Shown one piece after another: positions 1 through 12,800 of a stretch of DNA of 64,000 bases (its first letter is position 1; each line of letters starts with the position of its first letter). The stretch spans positions 29,104 to 93,103 of the forward strand of contig JAUCBJ010007768.1 in assembly GCA_032718475.1 (NCBI GenBank), written 5' to 3'. The notes under the pieces are model-generated. The model was not told where the DNA came from. It did not search any database and saw only the letters and a program-made list of their open reading frames with translations. The position numbers were made by a program, and so were the translations under genes. Source of the stretch: Nemertoderma westbladi (Eukaryota > Animalia > Xenacoelomorpha).

Positions 1-371
1 TGGCTTACTTTCTTTCTTCCTTGGCTTTGTATGCTTCACTAACTAGTGAGTCGATCTGTTGGTATGAGGAAATGAATGGCGTTGTTGTTGAAGTTATCAG
101 GTGTTTTGAGCAGTTAGATCTTCTACGTGAGGTTTCTGACTAACGGGTTTGAGTGAAAGTGTCGAAGAGGCTGATAGATGAAGGCCGATCATTATCTTAA
201 TGAAATGGAGTAAACTGGATTTATATTGTTTATTTTAAATCTAGAAATATATTGAAGTAATATGAACCCATATACAGTGGCAGCAGATGATGGTATTAAC
301 GGTTGGGAGGCCATGAGGAGGTAATTGCGGACATACAAGGTATCAGATAGTATTTCCAGGTCTATCTTTTA

Positions 372-430
372 CCTGAGCCGCTAGCTGAATGGTTAGAGCG
401 TCAGACTTCCAACCCGGAGGTCACCACTTC
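372..430 (+). mobile_element. Degenerate tRNA-derived SINE head
   Basis: A-box-like TAGCTGAATGGTTAGAGCG, anticodon-loop-like CTTCCAA, decayed B box (CACTTCGATG); no closed acceptor stem. Confidence 0.45.
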
Positions 431-697
431 GATGATTGCCGACTTTGCAAAGCTGTGCCCAACAAAATTTATAAGATATAACTAGCCATAGTATAATTAT
501 AATTGTTTGCTAAGATGGCTTTCGGCTTTTGCTGCACGAAGGCCCCACTCGTGTCTCTCACACTTAGAACTAAAATTAACCCTATCAATAATAGTTATAA
601 TAGTTCGGCTGAGATATTGGCAAACAGCCACATTTATATATTTTGGTTGGGTAATTTAGTTATTTTTTAATATTAAATAAAACTAATAAAAACAAAC

Positions 698-969
698 CCT
701 GGAGCCTATTATTCTCTGAGCAGCACCTGCCCCATCCTCGAATCGATTGTAAACCTCCACATTCCCCACTGCCGTTGTCTCTCCCAGGTCAACCCACCAC
801 CAGTGTTCATCATCTTTATTATCAGTGTGACTGCACGAATTGTCTGATAGAGAACCAGAGGTGTCCCCATCCACCGATCTCGAAGATTTATGATACCAGT
901 AATTGCTGCTTTGTCCGGTATTCTTATTGAGTGCTAAGTTATCGGTAGTCACTTGAATCTCCGGTGGGT
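698..969 (-). CDS. Exon 4 of secreted F-type lectin (fucolectin/FTP domain) gene; gene continues left of the window
   Basis: Translates (D)PPEIQVTTDNLALNKNTGQSS...RSVDG...CSHT...WWWVDLG...VEVYNR, typical F-type lectin motifs; CAG acceptor at 972-970, GTTTGT donor at 697; phase 1 start matches the upstream exon. Confidence 0.85.
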
Positions 970-1916
970 CTGTATGAGAATTAAATTAAACTTTATCAAA
1001 CAAAGTATAAGCCTACACCTAAAAACGTGACTACAGTGTATTTTTCATTACTATTGTAACTCGGTTGTCAATCACCCACACTCCCTGAACCACTGTCTAT
1101 ATGTAGGAAGATCAGGTCGCAGGTTGGATAATTTCTTGCCTTCAGAACAATTAGTAAATATTTGGTGATGGTGATGGCTGCCCCACTTCCGCTCGCCATG
1201 ATGAGATTAATAAAATCGATGTTAATTATGTTCATCAACGGATCATAAATCAAAAATACATTTCATGATAGCGGGATAATACGACATTTTATTCCACAAA
1301 ATTGTGTTTTCACCACCTACCCCTTGCTCGAGTTAATTATAACGTCGCCGTAGATTCATTTCATTCAAACATTTAATCATTAAGTTATTTTATGGCCAAC
1401 TCCAGTAGCACTAGCTATGCATTCGCGGGAACTGTTCCGATAGTATACTTTGGTTATAATAGTACAATAGTTCTGTTGGTGCCGTTATATTAGTTATTAT
1501 GTCTCACCTGGGTTTATTGTTAAAGTCAAGTTAAAAGTTTATTCACAGTTCGCCTCCAGGTAGTACCAATAGGCTTAAAATACAAGAGATGAATAATTAG
1601 GGCCCTCGCTGAAGATTAGGTATGATTTAGTTATAGGTATAGGATATAGGTATAGGCATGATTTAGTTAATATCTGGCATCAATGTTAAATTATCAATAA
1701 AGGGAGTCTCGATTAAAACGGACCACATAGGCCAATAATGCTATTAAGGCTGCATCTAGGTCACCGGTACAGGCAGTACTCTGATAATCTACAGGAGCTT
1801 ATTAACCAGCAGGTTGATGCCATCAATGATGCCCATGACAGGAGGTAATCATCCAAGGCATGGAAATTAATGAACTTGCTGACTGCGAGGAAAAGCCTAC
1901 CAACCACCAAGATTAA

Positions 1917-3026
1917 GGGGGGGGGGGGGGGGGCGTATTTTCTGACCTAAAAGTCAAATTTTGAAAATAAAAATTTCATGCTGAATCCAAATATGGAAAC
2001 CATATTAACCATATAAATGCGATGAAGATTCAATTCCATTTCTGCACATTTCTGTGCTCTGTGATGCCAATTGGAACGACAATTGCATCCACGAGAAAGA
2101 ACATAAAAAGTTAATAGAGAAAGTATTTTCTATGATTATTGGACCTACTAGTCAGTTTGTAAGACAACGAACGTCTTACAAACTCCAGAACTATGATGGG
2201 ACTCGATTAAGCGACTCCGCGGTCTTTGCGGAATTACACAGAATAGACTTATCGCTCATCGGAGATCTTCAAAATGTATAATCTCCAGTTTATAGTGGTC
2301 ATAGGAAGTTCATTTTAGACTTTTAGATTTTAGGATTCTAAAGCTCTTTTCACAGAAAATAAATATACCATTTGGTTTGGCAAACTCGTGAAAGGTTGAT
2401 GAGCAATGAAACTTCAACAAAATTTACAGATAATATTTTTTACCCAAATTTGTGTTATGTTGCATCACAACCATTTTATCTTAAATCAGATGGTAACTTT
2501 GTTCTCTGAGAAAAGAGCTTTTGAATGAACTTCGTACGACCAATAGAACTGGAGATTATATATGTTGAAGATCCTGTATAATCCTGCATAGACAGCAGAG
2601 AAGCTTAATCGATTGCCATCATTGTTTCGGAGACTTGAAGTTGTCTTATAAACTGATCCTGTAGGTCAAAAAATTTTTTAAAAAATACCTTCTCCCTAAA
2701 TGTGAAATGCTCTTTCTCGTGGAGACATCCAATTGGCACCACTGAGTACAAATTTGAAGTACTTGCATTGAAATCGATTCCCCAACACAACCCCAACCTT
2801 CATCAACCCTGAACTTCAAACCCCAAACTTCAGAGTATTTACTGATACTGTGATATATCGGGGCCAGTATCGTCTACCCCAGATATCTCGAAAATTAAAA
2901 TTGATATGGAAAATGGTTTCCAGATTAGGATTCAGCATAAAACTCTGCATCAATAATAGGACATGTTTAAACAAGCGCGAAATCGCTCAAATGTCCGCGT
3001 CTACTAATGCATGAACTGTTGTCTCC
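1917..3026. mobile_element. Non-autonomous DNA transposon with long imperfect inverted arms (Kolobok-like, TTAA flanks)
   Basis: ATGCTGAATCCAAATATGGAAACCAT (~1978) is inverted at ~2914-2939; 2061-2104 is inverted at ~2706-2741; TTAAGG at the left end and CCTTAA at the right end; superfamily is an inference. Confidence 0.55.
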
Positions 3027-3069
3027 TTAAATGGCTTACTTCCAATCTTACTACCAGAAAAAATTCATC

Positions 3070-3140
3070 GGAAAGAGGGATTTAACTCGGTACCTAAAGA
3101 TTCCAAGTCCAACGCTCTACCAACTTCGCCACTGCGCCGT
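3070..3140 (-). mobile_element. tRNA-derived SINE head (degenerate)
   Basis: Minus strand GCAGTGGCGAAGTTGGTAGAGCG (A box) ... GAGTTAAATCCC (B box). Confidence 0.5.
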
Positions 3141-3189
3141 ATGAAGCCTTATTACTAAAACCTAACTGGAAATTAACAACAACAACAAC

Positions 3190-4210
3190 GGTCTCGCTAC
3201 GCGGATGGTAGGAAAGCCCATTTTGAAAAGCTCATAAATAATGACAGGGTATTGCTTGATAACTTTATAGAAGGCGCTATCTCCTCTACTGATGAAGTGA
3301 AGGCTGCTGCAAAGAACATTAAGAACAATCATGCCAGTAGAGTAGATGATGTCCTCCCTGATGTCTTTGGTATTTGAGTTTGTTTACCCCATCTTAATAG
3401 ACATGTACAGAACGAGAAGAGTCCAACAAGAAATTAAAACAAATAAGTTGGAGCCAGTTCCCAAGAAGGGCAACCTAACTTTTGGACAACCTAAATTTGC
3501 TGATGACTTAGGAGTACTCTCAGAATAACTATAGGGAGCTCAACAGCTCCTTGGCTTATTAGAACAGGCTGCTTCTAGTGTTGCTCTTTTTATTACCACC
3601 ACGAAGACTAAAATTTAACAGTCAACTTTGCAAGTCCTCAGGAAATGTCTGGTTGTATCTATAACAAAATCGCCTCCGCTTTGCAGGACATTGCTTTCGC
3701 CGTGCGGACCAGTCAGTGCATAATCTTGTACTTTGGCAGCCTCATGGAGTGAATAAGCATGGTGGACAGCCCATGACTTTCTTGAGACGCATCTTAAAGG
3801 ACACTGACCTTGAAGATGCGGATGATCTAGCAAATGTCATGGGTGATAGGGAGTTGTGGCGGTGCAATTTTGTCGATAAGCCGGCACAGCATTCTTAAAA
3901 ATGCAGCTGCAATGCAGCATGCCGATCCTAGTACCTGGGATCATGGATCCGGATGTCAGGTGAGAACCTTCGAATACGTAAGGGAAAGGAATGTGCAGTA
4001 TTGAATGGGCTTTCCAGGATTTTGAAGTCACACAGAATACAGTACATCAGAAACTTAAGGTCCTATTAGTTTGAGCAGCAATAGTACTAGTACTCCTTTT
4101 GGGAGTACATGCTGGGCTTTAACTGTTGATTACACTAAATTTCTGGATGGCACATTCACAAGAATGCTACGTCGGGTTCACTGTGTCAAGTACAATGCAC
4201 AAATCACTAC
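3190..4210 (+). pseudogene. Decayed, rearranged RTE LINE fragment (same family as 57161-58800)
   Basis: PVPKKGNL and FADDLG motifs; 3670-3933 is near-identical to the reverse complement of 57168-57432 (MHNLVLWQPHG... peptide shared). Confidence 0.8.
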
Positions 4211-4708
4211 TCTTACAGTATTTGTAGGAATAAGTCCAATATTTATTCCTGAAACGGTCGCTTATAAAATCGGCTAAAACAGCAACATTGTGGAATATAA
4301 TATAATATAATTGTATGAATAAAATAATTAATTTTGGAAATACGTCAGGCAGTTGCACAAATGCACGTTAACAATCAACAATGTGACAAACATAGTACCG
4401 GTACATGACAATAATACATTATTTGGGAACATGAAGCGCACAAAAACAAATAAATAATAATAATTTGTTTGGGTCCCCAATAATTCGGGGACAGAAACAA
4501 ATAGCAAACAAATAGGGAGAGTCAGAATGCTTCACCTTGTGAAATAATCGATGCACAAGTACAAATCACTTCGTATTGACTATGGTGTTGCATAAAATGC
4601 AATACATAGCCTAGTGCCTACAAATCTAATTTAGGTAAAAAATTATCTGCCGTCTAATTTCAAAAATTGACTTTATTCTTGTACTTCTTGTAAATGCTCT
4701 AGGCCTAC

Positions 4709-4816
4709 CTTCGCAGGAATCGATACCAGGATGATATTTCTTCCCAGGAGGACATTTAGTAACAACATCGGTGCAGATGCATCCTGGAACAGAACCGCCA
4801 CAAGTACCGTGAACAC
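4709..4816 (-). CDS. Exon 3 of F-type lectin gene, small Cys-rich module
   Basis: 108 bp, phase 1-1, CAG/GTAGGC splice sites; GVHGTCGGSVPGCICTDVVTKCPPGKKYHPGIDSCE; joins in frame to both neighbouring exons. Confidence 0.75.
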
Positions 4817-5673
4817 CTGGGGAAATATACGAATAACAGCGTAATAGTGTGTTTTATTGTTGCCTCCAGATGAGTTATAGCATGGAAGTATATACTGTAG
4901 TAAATGTTTTTTTTAACTGATACAGATACAGATTTGTATATTATTCAAATTAATTGATATTGATATTATAGTAATAATTTCATCATACCGTTATTGAACG
5001 AAAGTTATTAAGTAAGTATTTCCATATATTATAGGTTAAAATTCCAACAAACTATGGTCGGATATGGCGGATAAAATTCCATTTAATTAAAATTAAGTAA
5101 GCACGATAGGATTTAGTCCATAAAATTCAGTTATGACACAGTTTAAAATGCATGGGGCCGAGAAGGACCCTATTAAAATACATTATTAATATAATGAGAC
5201 AACACAATAAAATTTGTTCAGAACACAGGAGAGCACAGTATTAGTATAAATTGCGGAGTATGGTTAATGTTATGTTATGTTATAGTGTGTCTAGTCCGGT
5301 CGCGAGGAGAGTTGTAGTAATCTAGCAGTAGATTTTCCTTTATTGTAAATGTGACTCCGTTCATAGCGAAAAGCTTCGAAATAAAGTTACTGTCCATGAT
5401 GGCCTTCATGCATGGCACGGGAGGATTGACCCGTCCAAGTAAGTTCTCCCGGTCATATCTATAAAAAATCATAGATCGCAGCATTGGCAGACTGTATCGC
5501 TTTCTGGCGGTTTGATAGACGCTACCCAACCCGATATTTTTTTTTTTTATTCGTATAGAGGCCGCTCGATGGCGCCATATATTAAAATAGGTTTGGTTAA
5601 AATCATGGTACATAGCACATACCAATATATAAAATACAACGGGTACAGTTGCACAAATACATAAGAATTAGGT

Positions 5674-5773
5674 AGTCAATAAAATATACATCCCCCCCAG
5701 TCAATAAAATATACATCCCCCCAGTCAATAAAATATACATCCCCCCCAGTCAATAAAATATACATCCCCCCAG
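5674..5773. repeat. ~25-bp tandem repeat (AGTCAATAAAATATACATCCCCCC) x4 in the LINE 3' UTR
   Basis: Four visible consecutive copies differing in C-run length. Confidence 0.9.
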
Positions 5774-6150
5774 GGAATACACATCATCACTAGTATAGTA
5801 TAGTGTTAAATACAAAATACATAAATACATGATATAACCATCACATATAACCAATACATGATATAAACAGATACAGGTTACAGATCCCGAATCAAATTTG
5901 TTTATATATTAGAAGAATATAAACTGTCAGGGGGGTCGGAATTTCAGCTAATTAGAAATATCAGATTGTTGTATTGGTCCCAATTAGGTTAATTAAATTC
6001 CAAAGTAATCTAGTATATGCTTATGCCGGTCGCCGAATGGTATCGCCATTTTATAGCAGTTTGAGATGAAATTAGCGTCACTTTGTTCTTTCAAGCTTAA
6101 TTCCCCGGGCTTTATGTTTGAAATTACTCTCCGTCTTGAGTACGTAGAGG

Positions 6151-9024
6151 TCAACAGCGAGCGAAGGGAGGGCAACGGGTAGGATTTGGCTGCGTTGTGA
6201 TAAGTGCTGCCCAGTGCTGCCGTATGGGGTAATGGGGAATGTTGTGTAAGAGGGCGTAGCGGAGTCCTGTCTGTAATACCTCGTTGGGGCACGATTCCAG
6301 GCGCATAATTGTTCCAACTATTGATTTAAAGGCCTCGTCCGCTACATAGCCACATCCCATTAGTTTATAGACAGTGTTGTTACTGGCATAGTTGCCGAGG
6401 CAGAGTAGCCTTCGTAATGATTTCCTGTTGTGGATTTCCAGGGTTTCGGTTTGGGATTTCGAGAGTGCGCCAAACAAGAATTTAATCTTGTACAATGCTG
6501 ATGGGATACCAATGCCATTCCATAACCTCCCAAGGGTTTCACAGTCTAACCAGCGAGCAGTCCAAGATCTGCTTCTAAAGATTTCACAGATGGTGGATAA
6601 GGTGGTGATGCAGTACTGTAGGGCATCGTACTTCCTAATAGCAAGGTTAAACCCTAAGAAGTTAAGTGTTGTACTTTCGGGGATTAGGTATCCATTGATG
6701 TCCAGGAAGGCAGGGTACGAGGTAGGTGAACTGCAGAACCATTTTGTTTTGGAATGTTCAAGTTCTAGATCCAGCTTGTGGCACTCGTCCATTATAAGTT
6801 TCATCATCCTTGTAATTTCTAACGAGCTGGTAGCCTGTAGAAGGAAGTCGTCATTGTAGCCAATTACTCCAACCCATGCTGACCCAATGGAGCATCCTAG
6901 TTTATCAGCTTGCAGCTTGTTAAGGATGGTGGACGTATATATGTTGAAAAACGAGGGCGATAGTACTGATCCTTGTTTAAGTCCCTTAAGTATACTGTAG
7001 CCTGGTAATTCCACATGTTCACCAAACTTAAGGTAGATGATGGTAGCCATGTAGTAGCGACATAGGACTATCACAATGTATGGGTTGATTGATTCCGATA
7101 ACTTGTACATTAACTTGGCAAGGTTCACCTCGTCAAATGCAGACTTGATGTCCATTTGACACACAAAGAGAGGTGATCTTTGACGGTAAAATTCCATGCA
7201 TTCCAAGGCTAGACCAATTGCCATGTCTATTCCAATTCTTTTTTTAAAACCTAGTTGATTTGGATTTGTTAGAATTTCATAATCTGAGAGGTACAGTGAT
7301 AAGATAGTTCCCTCAAAGATATTAGCAAAAATATGGATAGACGCGATTGGACGGTAAGAGGATAGTAAATGGCGGTTCTTCTTCTTCCCCTTAACAGTAG
7401 TGTTTCCAAATGAGGAAGGTACTTCACCAAGCCTAATTGCTCCATTAAGTATGTTGGCAATAGTTCTGGAGGTGGAGGTTGGATTTGTATTAAGTAGGTG
7501 CTCTGCTGTCAGAGACATAAAATCGGGTGATTTCCCTTTGTTGAGTTTACTAATAACTTGCTTCACAACTATGGGTGAAATGGATGGCATAAGCTCATTG
7601 TCACATTTGTCTCTCAGATTCCCTACTAGATTAAGTTGGTTCAGGTCGCTATGCTCTTTCTTTATTTTCTCAGATGGGGTGCATAGTTCAAATTTCTTCC
7701 TAAGCTCCTGTTGTACATTGTCAGGTGGTGCAGGTGAGTGTTTGCTGCCAAAATGGGACCAGAACATTTTTGGATTACCCTTAAAGGAGTTGCAAGCATG
7801 GGTCAGGTTGCTTTGAACTTGTTGTTTGGTTAATGTGTTTCGCAGGCGACGGACTATAGACTTGGATGAGCGAAAACTGGCCTTAAATTTTTCCTTTTCA
7901 TCATAATTTGTTGACTTTTTCCATAATGAATGTAACTTTTTTGAGACAGAAATGCGTTCCTTAAGCAGAGTTGAATGAACCCATGGCTTCTTCATTTGTT
8001 TTGGCGCTTTCTTCCTTTTACTCAGTGGTATATGTTTACGTGCTGCTACAATGAAGATCTCTTCAACTCTTTTTGTGTATTCGTTCAGGTCTTCTGTACT
8101 CCACTGTGAGAGGGTTGATTCAAATTTATCATTCAGAATATTAAGGTGGTCATCCACTTCGGTTTCATACTTGTTTCGGTTTTCGGGGCATGTCAATGAC
8201 CAGTGATACTTTGTTATAGTTACGCGGAACAAGTTCTGTGCCTCGTCCCCGGTGGAGGCGTTTCGGGTGTGTGTCGGCATCTTTGGAGAGAAGTGAACCT
8301 CCACTGGTGTGTGGCCGGATAGATTCTTAGACTGGTCCATGCAGTGCACTTTCCCCGAATGAGAGATGGTGTCTAGCGGGGCTATTACGTTGTCCAAGTA
8401 TGATATACCTGTATCCCCTCTATAGAAGCTATGACAAGGGCCGTTTATTGTTGCAAACGTATCGAAAGCTGCCATACTGTTGCGTGTCAGAAAGCGATGT
8501 AACTTTTTCCCTCTAGGGGTTGCCTTCGATCTGTTGCATCGCGTACCTTGAAGAGGTCCAACATCCGCATTACTATCCATTAGGACGATTGGAGTTAGGT
8601 CATTGTTTACATCCAGAACTGCCTGCAGCTGCCTCATAAAATTGTCATATAAACAGCTGTGTTTGCTGGAGTCTGGGGCATAGCAGCATAGTAGTAGGTA
8701 ATGAGCATTATCAGAAGATAAGATAGCCTTGGCCCCTATTATATTATCGTCGCAATCAACTTGGGTAACATTGGTAAATTTGCTCTTTCGCAGGAAAATA
8801 GCTACACCTCCATATGTTCGATAGAGTAAGGATTTTGCAGGTATATAGTTGCAGTGGAAGTCATCATCAAAATTTTCCAACAGGGACTTAGCCTCCATAC
8901 TGTCTAGTAGGTGCTCCTGGAGAGCCAGCACATCTAAGTCAACCAGCAGTTCGTGAACATAATCAATATTATTGGTTAGGCCTCTGCAATTGTAAGTACC
9001 CACCTTGATGAGCGGTGTATTCAT
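6151..9024 (-). CDS. LINE ORF2: apurinic-like endonuclease + reverse transcriptase
   Basis: TYNCRGL, ALQEH, YAP, DSNA, YLDNVI, SGH (APE); DIKSAFD, GLKQGSVLSP, YNDD, FLGF (RT). Confidence 0.95.
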   Translation of the reverse strand: MNTPLIKVGTYNCRGLTNNIDYVHELLVDLDVLALQEHLLDSMEAKSLLENFDDDFHCNYIPAKSLLYRTYGGVAIFLRKSKFTNVTQVDCDDNIIGAKAILSSDNAHYLLLCCYAPDSSKHSCLYDNFMRQLQAVLDVNNDLTPIVLMDSNADVGPLQGTRCNRSKATPRGKKLHRFLTRNSMAAFDTFATINGPCHSFYRGDTGISYLDNVIAPLDTISHSGKVHCMDQSKNLSGHTPVEVHFSPKMPTHTRNASTGDEAQNLFRVTITKYHWSLTCPENRNKYETEVDDHLNILNDKFESTLSQWSTEDLNEYTKRVEEIFIVAARKHIPLSKRKKAPKQMKKPWVHSTLLKERISVSKKLHSLWKKSTNYDEKEKFKASFRSSKSIVRRLRNTLTKQQVQSNLTHACNSFKGNPKMFWSHFGSKHSPAPPDNVQQELRKKFELCTPSEKIKKEHSDLNQLNLVGNLRDKCDNELMPSISPIVVKQVISKLNKGKSPDFMSLTAEHLLNTNPTSTSRTIANILNGAIRLGEVPSSFGNTTVKGKKKNRHLLSSYRPIASIHIFANIFEGTILSLYLSDYEILTNPNQLGFKKRIGIDMAIGLALECMEFYRQRSPLFVCQMDIKSAFDEVNLAKLMYKLSESINPYIVIVLCRYYMATIIYLKFGEHVELPGYSILKGLKQGSVLSPSFFNIYTSTILNKLQADKLGCSIGSAWVGVIGYNDDFLLQATSSLEITRMMKLIMDECHKLDLELEHSKTKWFCSSPTSYPAFLDINGYLIPESTTLNFLGFNLAIRKYDALQYCITTLSTICEIFRSRSWTARWLDCETLGRLWNGIGIPSALYKIKFLFGALSKSQTETLEIHNRKSLRRLLCLGNYASNNTVYKLMGCGYVADEAFKSIVGTIMRLESCPNEVLQTGLRYALLHNIPHYPIRQHWAALITTQPNPTRCPPFARC

Positions 9025-9205
9025 GTTTTCATTGTTTACACATCCACTATTTCACCTTAATACATCATTGTGTATAGCTGAGTTACATGGTGAGCTTAGG
9101 GTATGTACGTGGGAATGTAGTTTATGTCCAAGTTTCCTGATGGCCCTACCTCGCTTATGGGCAGGGGTCCTAAGCCTAGGGCCTTGTCCACTCCTTATTG
9201 GCCTG

Positions 9206-9571
9206 TTAAACACAATACCTAATTGGGCGCTTCCTGGTCAGGGTTCGATATAGATCCGAGTCCTTCAGATTCCATGCCCTACATTTAACCCCTTGTGGCC
9301 AGAAGCTTTGAGAGAGTAGATTTCTGTCTGGCTTGTTGTTGGAGCTACGTAGGCTGAAACGCATAGTTTTTGAGCCACCTCTGTTTCTAGTCACAATTCT
9401 GTCCACCAGTACATCTCTTTCACCAAGGTAATCCAATATATCATCTTCAGTGTAGCAGCTTCTCACACCTGTTATGTGGTATTCAGTTGGTAATATGGTA
9501 TGGTCACTGGTCAGGGGACCGAGTATGAAAATTATTGTTTGCGATAGTTGGGACGGTTTCAGCTGCCGCAT
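9206..9571 (-). pseudogene. Detached C-terminal RRM-like part of LINE ORF1
   Basis: YHITGV...TEDDILDYL...FWPQGVKCRAW resembles the C-terminal RRM-like module of LINE ORF1 proteins; separated from the main ORF1 by stops or frameshifts between 9.5 and 10.0 kb. Confidence 0.65.
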
Positions 9572-9895
9572 TTCTAATTACTTTGCTAGACCTTATCCCC
9601 TGTCTCATCGGTTCGTGGGAAGCCTCCTTGAGTTCAAGGGTTGGCCTTGTCCAGGTACTGGAGTGATTGTTTACGGTAGTGAAGGTCATCGCAGTGGCTG
9701 GATACGCAGTTTTCCTCGACCTTGACGCGCATCCCAATGGTTCCTGGAGAGCCGCACTGAGGACAGGGGCGGGCTTCGTCCTAGTGTGAGAATGGTTGTC
9801 TGCAGGATGATCAGTTGTTTGACTCGACCTTGTTATATGTTTCGTCGGTTCACATGGGACCTCAGTGGGGACGATAGTTGGCCTCACCGGTGTAA

Positions 9896-12800
9896 TTACG
9901 GATTTTCCATTATTCCCAATATTTTCTCCATTAAGGTCCGTATTGGATGATGTGTGTTTATGAAGTATGAAAGTACATGTTCTGGTTCCATTGGATTTGT
10001 ATTTTGTTTTTTTTTTTTTTTGATAGCATGGGTACTAGACATTGGGGCAGGATTCATTATTGGACAGGGGTCACTCAAGACTGAGTATCTATTACTGGTT
10101 GAGATTAGCAGAGGCCCATTCTGCTCTTTGGATCTTCCTTTTCTCAGTAACTTGCGTTGACGCCTGGTGGTACTGGGACAACTAGGTGTATCAGTTTCTT
10201 TAGCTACCATTCTGGGATTGCTAGGATCAAATGTGACACCAACAGGGGTTACCATATCTGGTGGGATGTATTCCGTGCTGTTGGGATTTGTAGGTGGGAA
10301 CTGATTGGGTGAGGATACAGAGGCGGATATTCTGCTATCAGAAAGTGAGTCCAACACTAGGTATGTAGATGAATTTGCAGGAGTTGTAGCCGAGCACTGT
10401 GAGATGGGGCTAGAGGATGAAGCATCGTCCAGAACTATGTAATCACACTGATTCTCACGCCTATCGGGGGTTGCAGCCAATGTATCACAGCTGATGCATC
10501 TACGGCTGGGTCCAGGGAGGTAGCTATCTGGTACAGGATGTGGTTGTGCCAGTGGCATATCTTGTATAGACTTTAGGTCAGCGTGTAATAATATTCTGGT
10601 ATTCCTCTCATGGACCACCTCGTCGTTGAGCCTTTTGGTTTCTTCTAGCAAGCGCTTATGATCTGTTTCAAGTTTGCTGAATCTATTTTGGAATGTAACC
10701 GTCATCGAGATTAGATCTTTCCGGAGGGTATCCATGGTGATATCGTCGGTTGAGGGGTCGGCAATTGTCAGCCGTTTCCTACATGCCTCAGTGAATTTCT
10801 TTTCATATATACAACGTAGCAACTCATAAATATCATTGTATAATTCGTGTGTGGATACTCGATTTTTTAATTGCATTGAGGCAGCCTGTACAGGGGACAT
10901 AAGAAGCTTGACATCATCTAGAAGATTGTGCCTCATCTCTTCACCTCCTGTCTTAACCTGTGCACCAATTATGGACAATGCATTCTTTCTAGTCAGGGGT
11001 ATTATTTCAGCAGCCCATTCATTATTTCCAGAGAGGGGTGCGGGGACGATAGGGTGACACAGATTTTCAGAGTTGACAGCTTCTACTAAATCAGGCCTGC
11101 CAGATATGCCATAGCTTAGAGGTTGTTTGTTTTGTTTGGAACCAGTACCATGTGAGTAATGGTTTGCAGTGTGGTGGCCCAGATCTACAAGCTTACAGGA
11201 ATCAAGGCAGTTGTGTATCCACTGTCTGCTCTTTATACTGTCCCTCAGAAGATCTAATGCCGTATCTGATGACTGGGCCAGGCTGAGAGCGTAGAAACAT
11301 ACGAAAATTCCACAGTCAAAAGAATTGGGTTGTTTTGGGAGGTTTGAGGGGACTACTGTTGTCATCCATGGTGTTATGACACCAGTTTGGTACTTTTTGG
11401 GTTTTAGGTTGTCTATTTTTGACAGTACTTTTATAATCTCAAAAGTATTTTTGTTTGGAATGTTTCTACCAAGAGGGTCTAGACATCTCACCGTATTATC
11501 TGTTGTACTAGCTACGTGGAGTACAAAGTGGTTATTCTCTTCTCCAGGCCCATATTTTGTACACTCAGGAAAGAAAAGCAGATCAGGTTTTTTCAAGTCC
11601 GAGGTACCCAGGTATAGCTTAGCTATATATTTAACTGCACTGAGAATGTCGTAATTCTGTGTTTGAAGCCTTAGAGTGAGGTGGATAGGCAGTGCAACGG
11701 TATGGTTATAATGTCGCACCAGTATTCCCAGGAATCCGTCAACTATGGTATCTGTTACCCATGTAGTGGGCAACAGAGTCTGCAAGTCTTTGGGGCTTGG
11801 TATAATTAATCCAGGACGTCGTTCATCAATATCCAATGATGACAGGTACTTTTTTACCTCCTCCGTCCTATTTGTATTCTTCTTGGTTGGGCTGCACGGG
11901 TAGACATCTATACATTCAGCCACTAAGTTGGTGCGTAACTTGGTGTCTCCTGTTGCTAGATCAGGGGAGTTATTGTCTAAGATGCTTGTTTGGTTTTTCA
12001 ATGGGGCATCTACTGGGAAATCAATTTCTTCAATTAGCCCATTGAGGGCCGCCTTAACCACGTGGGGTTGCATGTCTTCTGTCTGGATGTCTGTAGATGC
12101 CGAGACAAATCTATTCTCCAAAAGTTTAGGTTTATATTTGGTATTATTATTGCTCTTCTTAGTGTGCTTCTTTCTGGGGCATTGCTGTTGTGGTGTTCGG
12201 TTTCCCCTCTTTGTTGTTGTTAACTTTGGTCTGCTGTCTGTAACCTTCTTGAGCTCTGATGTGGTCTCAGATGCAGCAATTAATCTAGGGGTATCAGAGA
12301 TTGGGGTAGGTGGGTTTGGTTGATTATCATTTTTGTCTGGTCCGTATCTGGGAATTAAGTTACATTGTGTTTGTGAGGTGTAAGTAGTTGCAGCAGGGTT
12401 TGTGGCTGTGCCAGAAGGGGTTGCTGGTGCGGAAGTAATTATGGTGCTGGCATTCCTAGTACACCATGATCCGTTGCCCATAAGATCCTCTATGATAGTA
12501 GCAGTATTTGACTTAGGTGTTAGTTTTGTCTGGGTTGCTTGTATGGGTGTTGGTTGTGCTGGAAGTGTGGAATGAGGCGGGGATGTAGATTTATGTTCGG
12601 GCATCGTTTGTTGTAAATGCTTAGCTGGCATGGGCAATGGTTGAGACACAGGTGTATGTTGAGACTGGGATGCTGCTAGTGGTTTATGTTTGTTTGATTT
12701 AGGAACTTTGTTTGGATGCAGCATGGACTTCCTTTTAGTGATTGCTGCCTTTAGGGACCTCGCTTGCAGTAGTTGGGGGGCGGGGCCTTTGCTCCTTGTG

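Noticed and set aside
1068-1253. Additional lectin exon
   Set aside because: No convincing splice pair or domain similarity; flanking exons already join in phase
5275-5625. Possible third ORF in the LINE 3' UTR
   Set aside because: Short, no recognisable motif, non-ATG called start; cannot be supported without family conservation
6151-9024. Currently active LINE copy
   Set aside because: Endonuclease SDH reads SGH, RT domain 1 appears to have lost residues, and ORF1 is broken, so this copy is probably dead despite the open frame
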